This document shows, piece by piece, positions 11,501-23,500 of a stretch of 64,000 bases of DNA. The notes beneath the pieces were generated by a model that did no database searches, was not told where the DNA came from, and saw nothing but the letters and a program-made list of their open reading frames with translations. Made by a program: the position numbers and the translations under genes. The stretch comes from Fimbriosthenelais zetlandica (lineage: Eukaryota), in contig OZ365109.1 in NCBI GenBank assembly GCA_977030845.1, positions 43,276,001 to 43,340,000 on the forward strand, read 5' to 3'. Numbering within the stretch: position 1 is the stretch's first letter; each line of letters opens with the position of its first letter.

Positions 11501-14500
11501 TTCCCCTCCTTTTCCTATCTTGTGTCATCACTTTTCACTGAGGAGCTGATACTATATATATAACAGTGAGGTGGAAGAACAAACCAACACCGGCATCTTT
11601 TCAATTTTTGTTTATCATTACATGGTATGCGGTTTGACAATTTTGTACAACACTGTGCGAGACAACTCCAGCTAGATAGGTTTTGTACTTGCAGCCCATT
11701 TCACTCCACATAAAAGTGATAAAATCCCCCTTCAAAAGAGATAATAATCATATATATATATATATTCCATTGTCCACGACATTTTTTAATACACACTCTG
11801 CCTGCCTGACAGTAATTGGGAATGCTTTCCCATGCAATTATTCAAGTGTACATGTATTCCAGTACGCAATGCATACTTTGCATCTAAATGGTTCTTCAAT
11901 TTCGGAAATTTGCTTCTCTACTCGTGGCCCTAAAACCTAATCCTAGTTGATCGTGTATCGATCTAGAATTTCCCATGGAAAGAGCATTAGGCTATAGACA
12001 CATTGCTCACTATAGGTATAAAGCCTATCTAACTAGAACCGGGTTTACCCAGGTACTTCGCACCTGTCACATACATAATAACAATGCTTAGCTCTTGCAG
12101 GTTGGACAAGAACAAACACTAAAAATGCTGCTACGCAACTACATTTACTTACTTTCACATAAATAAAAACGTTTAACCTAAATGAAAACTCTATTGAAAT
12201 ATAGCATTCGGCTTTTTGACTATTGAGACCGTTCCATACAACTGACTGTGACGAATTTCAAAGTCCAACTATCACTAAAGGTTTGAATATTAATAACGCT
12301 TCACATAGGGCCCTAAAGTTCATGAATATTTCACTGGAGTTTTCCTTTAACTAATTATGTAGTTGCTTGAGTTGCTCATTGCCAAGTAGTTGCTCTACGT
12401 AGCTGTTTGGTGTTTGTCACTGTGTCTGTGTGGCTTCTATAATTTATTTTCATTCATTTTGCATGTATGCATCATGTCACTTTGCTTCATGGCTTCATTT
12501 CAGTTATTAACCCACTCTCCTTCACTTTAGTGTTTTTACTCGACGTTTTTTCACCCAAATCCCGCCATTTTGGTCCGCATCTAAGATGCATTTGGACCAA
12601 CTCCCCCAAAAACAACTACCCATCCAGGAACAGGTATTTGAAGAGGGGTAGGGAAAAACCACAGGAAAGAAAACGAATCCATAGTATTTTAGGACCTTTT
12701 GTTCATGACATTTCTTCGTTTGGGACCTTTTTCAAACAGTGCACCCCCTACATATCGTCTCTCACCCCTCTGACTACCGCCCTCCCGCTGCTGGCCGTGC
12801 TAGCACTTACAGCCATCAAGGATGCCGCCGACGATTTTGTGAGTCTCTTTATTTTTTAGACCCCCCAACAAATTATAAGGAAAAACCCAAATTAAATTAA
12901 TACCCGCTCAAAACATATTATTCTTGATTGTTCATTGGTTCCTTCCCCGAGATTTTAAGATCTAATGTGTACATAGATATAGTAATTATATCCTATATCC
13001 CTAATCAGACTACGATTAGTAATCAAAACTTAATATCTAAGTACTGTAACATCAACAATGCTTGAGGTTTCGTTATCCGAATGATGGATCAGTTCACTGC
13101 AGTAAATTCATTCCATGGACAAAACGACTCTTTCGATTACCTGTCTTGATTTTCAATCAGTTCTCAAGTAAGTGCATCATTAGTGCAGCATTATGAGATG
13201 CTGCAGATGACATTTTCAACTAGTTTATCATATTCGAGTTTTAAAGGTTTTGATGAGGCCAAATACCCAGACTACATGTCGCCATTCTCCCCACATCGCA
13301 CTGTGTTACTTCTACTTTTCCCCACATCCCATTTCCGTCTCATTTGGTTATGGGCTAACCCTTGATTTCACTTTCCTAATGTAATGCCACATTGAACAGC
13401 CATCGTTGGCATCGCTTTAAAAATATATATATATAACTGCGCCATTAACTAACCCGGTATAAAAATTGGCTTCGGAATAAAGCTCTCATGGCTTAGAGCT
13501 GGTGTCCTGTTATGAATGATACATAGTTATACATATTCATATTTCATGTGCATAAATCTATTAACCCCTCTTTGTACATAAATAATCCCCCAAAATACGA
13601 TTAAAATGAATTGGTGCATAACCCATTAAATCTCGTGTATTATGCTAAGCAGTGGCATAAAAAGTTACGTAAACATTATATTATCTGGTTTCTATCATAT
13701 GATCTTCTCAGTTGATGATTATTTTGATGACGTAAATTTACCAGTAGCCTACTATTGACCTAATGATTTTCTAAACTTGATTGTGCCGGATGAGAAATAT
13801 AGTCAAATCAATAAAGCGTTATCTAACCATTATTAAGAATGTTCACCGATTTAAACTATCTATCCCCAAATAATATTATTCAGGAGAACGCACTGAATTT
13901 TATAACCTTTGATTATAATTATCTTTAGGCTATAGCCTATTTATGGAATTATTTATTACAAGAGCGAAATGTAGTAAACGCTGGTCACTAATGACTTTTC
14001 CAATACGTTTCCAGTGTTTGTACACAACGTTCACTTAATTTTATTATTACCGGTACCTAGTTAATTTTGGCGAATGATTTCAGACGGATTTGTCAAAATT
14101 TCGTGTCCAAAGGCCAAAGCTGGCCACTTGCATTAAATGTAGAACTGTGTTAGCACAAGTAGACCATACACACGGATATCCTAGAAGGTTAATTCTACAG
14201 ATGAATATTTGATGTAAGGTTCTCTATATGTATGTACACGCTCCTTGCCTACTATAGAACGAGGCGTTAATCTATTATGTATAAATTGTACAGCAGCTTG
14301 CTCTACTAGCATTTTATAGCTAAATTGAATATATTTGAGTATGTTGTACACTATCATAAATTCCATTATGATATGGGTTTAAGTAGTGTTCGTCCTTATA
14401 AATTTTTACTAGTCCGAATGATGTAAAGTTCTAGATATCTATCGTGTTTGTGTTCAATAATAATGTTTATTTTGTTATTTTAAGCTTTAAGATTAACCTT

Positions 14501-17500
14501 AGTTGCTATTTTGTACAATTAGCAAAGGCATCGAAGTGACAACCAGGTCAACAATAGGAAATCCTGGGTTTTACGGGATGGGCATTTGGTGGACGAGCGA
14601 TGGCACAAAGTGGTGGTCGGGGATATCATCAAGATGGAAAACAATCAGTTTGTAGCCGTGAGTACTTAGTATTATGATTAACAGGGACGGATCCACGAAG
14701 AGATCTGGGGGACAGGGAGAGGGTCCAGCCTTATGGTAATAAAAATGAAACTTGAACTCCCACCCAATTCGTCCCTCGAAATAACGTTTGTAATTTGCCG
14801 CTCTTCATATATGGATTTTCAGAGACGGTTCAAGTTTTCTCACTTTAAACATTTTTATTTTAGGCTGATCTGTTGCTCCTCTCCACGAGTGAACCTAATA
14901 GTTTGTGTTACATTGAGACTGCCGAGCTCGATGGGTGGGTGAACGTTCTTATTATTCATTATTGCATCAATTTCCTACATATCATAACTATCATAAATCA
15001 ACTCAAACTATAATAAATGAACACAAAAAGGTACACTTGATTGATTTTCTATAAGATATCACACTGCCTCGTGATGATGACCGATGACTTGGAGGCACGA
15101 CTAATTGATTTCATAAAATATAAAGTATTTGAAATATTTGTGATGCATATTTTCATGTACATTGTATTTTTTATTTTCAGAGAAACCAATCTTAAAGTAC
15201 GGCAGGCCCTCGCAGAAACAGCTGAAATGGGCGAGGACGAGAAGGAATTGAGTGCATTCCAAGGTGTGTAAAACTTTGTTAAAATTCATGTCTTTGTAAT
15301 AATAACCAGACTGAAAAATTCAGAGAATCTTTTTTTATTATTTATTTATCCAGGGAAATTACAGTAAAAAAGAATACAAACAAGGTCGGGAATAGTTGGA
15401 ACTAAAAACAAAAAAAAGGAACTTGATTCTCTGAAAGAGCACACAAAATTTAATTAATTAATTTCTTGTTTATTTTACAGGTGATATAACATGCGAGCCT
15501 CCCAACAACAGGTTAAACAAGTATGAAGGTGTTCTGTCTCTTGGTGGTAACACCTTCTCTCTGGACAATGAGAAGTTACTATTGAGAGGCTGTGTATTGA
15601 GGAACACTAAGTGGTGCTATGGCCTCGTGGTCTTTGCTGGGCAGGACACTAAACTCATGATGAATAGTGGACAGACGAAGTTTAAACGCACACACATTGA
15701 CCGCCTTGTCAACATTCTTATCATTGGGGTGAGTAGGAAGATTCAGTGTGGTATAATCTACCATTATGACTGACTCCTTCCATTATGCCTATGAGCCTGT
15801 CAATGACTCCTACCCTTATGACAGTGAGACCTATCATTATGACCGTGAGACCTACTATTGTGACAGTGAGTCTCTCCATTGTCGCAATTATGACTCCTAC
15901 TATTATGACCATGAGACCTAACATTATAGGAGTGATTCATATTATGGTCGATTAATTAGTTCTCGCCATAAATATAGCCTTATATAGCTGGCATGGTGTT
16001 AAATCACCATTTATTCATTTGATTCATATTATGCAATATTTAATATAAATTAATGGCATTCTTCATTGTATGTCATTTCATTATGAAGTGTATAGTTTAT
16101 ATGTTACTTGCCCATCCCCCTTTCTTTATAAATAATATTTGAATGATTCTCTTTGCAGATATTCGTCTTTCTGGGCGTGGTGTGCCTGATTTGTACCATA
16201 TGTTGTGGTGTTTGGGAGATAATGAGGGGCTACAACTTCCAGGACTATCTCCCCTGGGAATTCTTTGTACCTGGTACAAGAGGGGACGATCGGTCCAAGG
16301 AGGCCGGAGCCACAGTCATCTCCCTCATGATCTTCTTATCTTATGTCATCATTCTGAATACAGTCGTGCCTATATCTCTCTATGTCAGGTAAAAAAAGGT
16401 CTTATTATGTCATGATTAATATATTAAAATCAAAAGCTTGGGTCTCCCACTGCCTGTTGTGCAAAAGATCCATTGCTGCTGAGAAGAACTGTCAATTGTT
16501 TCTCGATAGCGTGTTTCTTGTCCTCCTGAAATACCGAGAAAATTGCTGATTTAAACAATTTAAAGACATATTCATCCATCCATCAATAGATTGCGGTGTA
16601 AATTGACCTTCCTATAAAAACTAATTTCAGGGTAAGGGAAGATAAGTTATGTATATTTCCAGGGGCCTCTGGTGATATTGAAGAAAAATCGCATCCAATA
16701 ACATCTTAGCAAAGTCATTCATATTAAATCATTGTACCGGTATACATTTATCTATTGCCCATGTTTGCTTTTCCAGCGTTGAAGTCATTCGGTTCGGTCA
16801 CAGTTGGTGGATCAACTGGGATGAAAAAATGTACTATCCAGTAACGGACACCCCGGCCCGGGCGAGGACAACCACACTCAATGAAGAACTGGGTCAAATA
16901 GAATATATATTTTCTGATAAAACAGGAACACTTACCCAGGTAATTGCTTGCCAAGTATTTCTCTTACAGTATACATGTCTAAATAAAGTTTCACATTTGG
17001 GACAAATCCTTGTTTTGAATAATAATATTTGATATTTGTTCATAGATTCTTATCACCACTCCTAACTATTACTTGATATTACTGTTTTAATCCTTGATAT
17101 TTTTTCCTGGAAATTCTATACATAGACAGATTTCTTTTTCAGAATATAATGGCATTCAACAAGTGCACAATAAATGGAAAGAGTTATGGGGACCCGGTGG
17201 ACAAACGTGGAAATCCAATAGATATAACTAACGTAAGCCAGGCATTGAGCTCAAGAGCTGTACAATTTGACAGAAATTAAGTACCCAAAATCATTAAATA
17301 AATGGATAAAAATAATAATTAAATGGTATTTTTTTAACATTTGTTTTGCTCTAATCACAATTCGGGTAGCTGGAATTCTGGAATTTTTCACTTCATTTTT
17401 TGGATAAAAAATCCTCTCTAAATATTTTTAAAAATTGATAAATATTAAATTTCTTGATTCAGCATTGACTTTGTTTTTCGTACAGAAAACTCCCAAGGTT

Positions 17501-20500
17501 AACTTCTCCAATGTGCCAGGCGCTGACGAGACGTTTGACTTCTATGATCAACGCTTACTAAACCTAATCTTTGATAAAGACGCCAAGGCTGAAGAGTTCT
17601 TCCGCCTCCTCGCCCTCTGTCATACCGTCATGCCTGAAATCAAAGACGGTAAGTTCCCCAACCCAATCTCTCCTAAATGTTGTATCTTTTCCTAAATGAT
17701 TCTATGCATGCACAATTGCCATCTTATAATATTTAGCCGTAGATAGATATCGATTAAAAATATATCGTCCGTAGATAGACCCTGTATAAATTGTCATCAT
17801 TTCTAATAGTTGTCCTTTGTTTAAAAAGAATCTAATAAACATTGCTTGTTTTGCAGAAAAACTGGAATATCAAGCCCAATCCCCTGATGAAGGGGCTCTT
17901 GTGTCAGCAGCAAGGAATTTTGGTTTTATGTTCAAGGTAATCATGCCACACACAGTGACGTGGCACACGCACAATTCTTTCTATTTACTTTCAACAGAAT
18001 TTCTTCCCAGTTTTCCTTTTTTTTATAGAATCGAATAATATCTCATCTTCAATTAGGTTCTAAATGTAGTCAATACACATATTCAACAGAACTCTTCTAT
18101 CGTTTTAGTCATATTTTATTCAGACTATATTATATTTTACATCTGCGTTTTTCAGTCTCGGACACCCTCCACCATCACCATAGAACACCTGGGTACAGAG
18201 GAGGTTTATGAATTATTATGTATTTTGGACTTCAACAATGTTAGAAAGCGCATGTCTGTAAGTACCAGGAAATTTCATAACATAATTTTCTTCTCGAACC
18301 AAATATAAAAAATAATCATTAGAACATTGGATTTTTGTAGTTAATTATGTTTCAAGAGTAATTCTCTTATTCAAATGGCCGTTGATAACGTGTTCTTTCT
18401 GGACGCAATATGACTTTGACCATTGCTGTGACGATAACCTCGAATAAATAATTTAAATCTTAGGTGATTGTGAGGAAGGATGGTCGCATTCGCCTGTACT
18501 GTAAAGGCGCTGACAATATCATCTATGATCGACTAGGAGCAGAGTCAGCCGACCTCATGGAACTTACAACACATCATTTAAATGTGAGTCATTTTTTGGT
18601 AGTAAATCTATTAAGGTTTTATCCACTAAATCCCCGGTTCTGCCGCCTAAAGGTGTGTTCTGCAAACCCTGTTTATCGAGAATTACTGGTTGATTTTGTC
18701 TGTGCTGAACCACTCGCTCCGACACTGCTACGCCGTCTACACAACTCCTCCGCCACTTTCTTTCTCAAGACATAACTGACGAATATAAACACCCCCTGTG
18801 ACGCGTTGAGAATAATGAATATAATCCATAAAGCATCGTGGCCAACAAAAGCAGCCACGAAGCCCATAATCCAGCATACGCCCATGATCGCGGCCAGCCG
18901 TAGGTGGATGGTGGCGTTAGGTCGCTGAACTGTGGACCTGATCTTGGTCTGTGTGGCCTTACGTAGGTTCACTATTGTTAACACCAGAAACACAATAGTC
19001 ACCACCTGACAAACGGCCATAACCGCTCCAAAACACACCAGCAGGGCATACCTTTGATTGAACCAACAAAGCTGTCGTCCAAAATCGGGTTTAAACCTTG
19101 AGTCAATGTCGGCAAAGTCTAAACCGATGGCAGCCATTGTAACCAAGGCGGAAAAGCCCCATGAGAAGGCTATGTAGAGACAGAGGGATGTGCGTCGCTG
19201 ACTTGGTGCTACAAGTGTGCGAGAAGGACGGAAAGTGTTCCAGGTATCTATTGATACAGTCATCATGGAGATAAAGGCAGCCATAAAGAACCAATACAGA
19301 AGAGCTCCACTCACAGCGCAGCCTAGACTCCCTCTGGTCTCCTCCCCTCCACTAAATACAGTAGACCTCTCAACCTGAGACAGCACAGTGGACGGCTTGT
19401 GATCCTGACCAACCCAACCAGCCACGAGAATCATGGCAAATGCCAGCATGAGAGCCAGGCAGAGATTGGCCTGCATGCGGCCAGCGAAACTATCAAAGTA
19501 CTTAATACACAACTGGAGTATGAGCCTGATGAGGAGACAGAAGACAGATAGGGACAGGAGAACCAAGGAGAGGATAGACAGAATGTTTGATACATGAAGG
19601 TTCACTCCATCCGCCGTCTCTGACTCTGGCACGCAGACAAAAGCCTTATCTCCTGAAATCTCAAACCCCTCTGTGAACATTATGTCCAAATTTTTTAAAT
19701 TCAAAGTCCCATTTATTAAGCTGAACTCGTCCTTGCCAAAAGAGAACCATTTACACCCCATTAATCTTTGATGACTGAAGACTAGGGAATCATCGATGTC
19801 TACCTTAACAAGTCCAAGATCTACGCCACCTTCTGTTAAAGCTAACAGTATCTCATCCTTCAAGAAATGACTGATATTCACAGTCATTGACAAATACTCA
19901 AATTGAAAGGTAGAGTTAGCAGCTACTTCTAAATACAAACTGTACAGTACCTCCAGATGATAAAGTGATGTCGCATTCACACTTTGGACAACTTTCATCA
20001 CTAGATCTGGCTGATAGTTCCTATGGACAGATTCGTTCAGCTGATTTTGAATGACTCGCTCCATTTTCCCTGGAAGTTCTTGTCTATTGATCCATTTTGA
20101 CATAAGTTTTGCATCGTCAGACCTCTTAAATGTCAGCGATATTGTCGCAACTTGGACCGTTTGGTTGAGAAGGTGGCATTCACCGTCAACCAAGCGTTGG
20201 TTTCCAGGACACGCATACCGCTGACATTGCGTTGATCCGCTGACTCGGGCATGGTGCTCCGGGCAGGGATGCTGGCCTACAGTTAACCCAGCTGCCGGGT
20301 TAAAATCAAACAGTATATTCAAAGCAGTTCCAGGCCGGTACCCAGCAATACAAGGTGTGTTTTTCAGACACTGTACCTCTCCCAAATCATGACCTGCACA
20401 CCTAGCACAGTACCTATTCCTGTAAATAGCCTGTCCTACCTTAACATAATCTGTGGTGCCATTTCCAGCACATGCAGCGACTAATTCAGGGTTGTCACAG

Positions 20501-23500
20501 GGGGTTGCGCATTCCTTATTAAGTGGTATGCAATATATCCTTAAGTATTTAATTGCTATAGAACCATAATCAAAAGCAATGGAGCATCTTGGGTCATTGA
20601 GCTTTTGCAGCAGATCTTCTTGCGTACTAATATTTCTCATCTCGATTTCATCATCTTGTGCCTGGCCATCTGGATTATTATAATAATCAAATGGAGAACC
20701 GATACGCCTGCCGCAGAATACCTGCGGCTCCAGATGAGCCATCCGAGTTGCTCCGTTGCACTGAGCGCATCTGAAGTTAACATAGGTGATTCCACTGTCA
20801 AGGTCTGTCACCGGGATTCCCAGGTTTGGATCTGTCAAGTCCCCGATACGGGTCTCACAGGTTTGGCCCGTGGGTCCACAGATAGAAAAAAAGTTGTATG
20901 ACTCTAAGGGACAACTTAGACCTCCACTGATCGATCCATCACGGATTATTTGAATACTGCTACACACATTCTGTCTGTATTTGAATTCTCTCAGATATGG
21001 TTCAACTCTTGCTAATTCCTCTGGACAAGCCTGTTGGAAATCTGGGCAGCAATCTTCATAAATCAGGCAGAACGCATCACAGGAACAGAACTGCAAGTTA
21101 TGATAGTTTTTAAGGACGCCACATTTCTGCTGACATGTGTTGCACGGAGGGAAGGGTTGAGGCAATGGGGATCCAGGTTGACAGTAAGGATTGACAGCTG
21201 ACACCCACATGGGAGCTGTCACAGTCAACACCCAAGCGACACGCCATACCTAAACATGACAAAAGAGGATGAAATCACTTTAAAATAAAGAAAAGATTTA
21301 CAGCGAGAACGAAAAGCTTAAGAACTAGTCATCCATCTGTCAGTCGCTCCAGTGTTCACAGGGTGTCAAGTTATTCCTGTTTTTACTATTTTCTGTCTAC
21401 TTTTGGCTTCAATTTCCTAACACATGCGCAACGTTTAAATTTGAATGCTGGACCTCAATAATTATCATGTAAAAGTGCAAACTAACAAAGTTTGAGAAAA
21501 AAGTAAATGAAAATGAAGCTGTATATAGTCTGAGTCTTTCATAATGAAGCAGGTTGGAGAAATTAAGTCGATATTGAATTACCTTAATTTGTATTTAGCT
21601 ATATGATTTCTGGATTCTTAAAATTTGCAGTTACTGTCTGCACTTCTTTACAATCTTACTCTATAATCTTGTCTAAAGCACGGTCCTGGCTGAAGTGTGC
21701 CCTTTTAACCATATACCATCCTTCATTGCAGTGCAAATCAACTGCGTTAAAAATATAAACCAGTCTATAATAAAATAAAATATAGATATTAAATGGGAAT
21801 AGACGTAGAGTCACCCTACCTCAGGAGCCATGGTCTGGTATGTCTAGTATCACTAGTTGGCAATATTTCTGCCTATTTATAAAAAGGAGAGCGAAAATTA
21901 CTGGTGTATGGAGTGGAAACTGGGACACGACTCTTCATGTGTTAACTGGAGCAAAACATTGGTTTACACTACATGAAACAGGATGAGTATCTTCAATGAT
22001 CCCCGGATTTAGGCGTCTTAATTGGGGGAGGGGGATTAGGGATCGACAGAGAAAGGGACCCAGAAATATTTTATCATTGTTAAACAGAGGTACAATGGTC
22101 TGCAAGACATTTTCAAATTGGAATGAAATACTTTGAAGATCATAATATTTTATTTGATTCATATTCAATAAATTGTTCTTCAGGAATTTGCACAAGATGG
22201 CCTGAGAACTCTCTGTTTGGCTGTTAAAGACATAGAACCGAGTTTCTACGAAGAATGGAAACAAAAACATCATGAAGCCAGGTAAGCCAACCGGAAAAAC
22301 TAGCAAAATTATACTCACTGAGATGTTCTATATTGACGAGGACATATTCAAGAAATGAAACATTTATTTATTTCTTCATAAATGTGCCTTCATATCTGTC
22401 ACTTAAAATTCTCGAACATAGTCGATGTTTTTAACGTAAGTAGGAAATGATTCTGTACAATGTGCATGTCAAACAGAAATACAATCTCTACCTCTATAAA
22501 AACAAAAACAATTTCCCGTGAAAAAATACAAATTCAGTGCTAATTTCTTTTGTACAGTACTGCTATGGAGGACCGAGATGACAAGTTAGATGCTGTATAT
22601 GAGGAGATAGAGAAGGATATGATACTACTGGGAGCTACTGCCATAGAAGACAAGTTACAGGACGGAGTACCCGACTGTATAGCTAACCTGGCCCTGGCCA
22701 ATATCAAAATTTGGGTGCTCACTGGCGACAAACAAGGTATTGTATTTATGTTAATAATTCATTCCATTGAAAGTTTACATTACTGTATTTGCCGGATTAT
22801 ACACTGCACCCCCTGGCCACTCAAGTTAAAATCCATGTAAACCGCTGCGATTTTTTATATAAAACAAGAAAGTCACGGCTTATACTCCGTCTTACTATAC
22901 TTGATGATGTGTTATAAACAGAATGAAACCACCAATGATCTTACAGAAACTGCCATCAACATTGGGTACAGTTGTAAACTGCTGACGGACGAGATGGAGG
23001 AGGTGTTCGTAGTAGACGGGGATAGTTATGACGTAGTGAAGGAACAACTGGAAAAAGCACACGACGACATGATCCGGCTAAAGAGAGAGGCCAAAGAAGT
23101 GGAGGTGCAATCCATGCACTCCACAGGCAAGACTGCGGAAAACCCGGCCGAGGGATTTGGTGGCTTTGCTATAGTGGTCAATGGACACAGCTTGGTGGGT
23201 ATCTAGATTTTTCTCAAAAAAAGTTTCTTCATATTCTTAGGGAAATTCCGAGCACACAATCATATATATATATATTGTAGTTTTTGACAGACAAGCTATT
23301 TGCCGTTATCACATGTACTAATTGTCATTCAAAATGTAGAGTAAATTTACTTATCACTTTTTCAAAAATGTACATGTACACCGTAAAAAATAGTCGATCT
23401 ATACCAAAAAGGTCATTTATGAATTATAGGGAAATATTGTATTTTTATACAATATAATACAATATAATTCTATATGACCTCATTTCCCTTATAATTCAAC

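Noticed and set aside
11070-12619. 9-bp pairing GTAGTTGTT / AACAACTAC as a docking-selector for the A exons
   Set aside because: Several such 9-mers are expected by chance across introns of this size.
15068-15110. C-box-like GTGATGA in a flippase intron, and other C/D-like words in UTP15 introns
   Set aside because: No properly spaced D box with a terminal stem on the host strand, so no snoRNA could be supported.
20605-20901. Plus-strand 98-aa ORF inside the receptor
   Set aside because: Shadow ORF opposite a real coding region.
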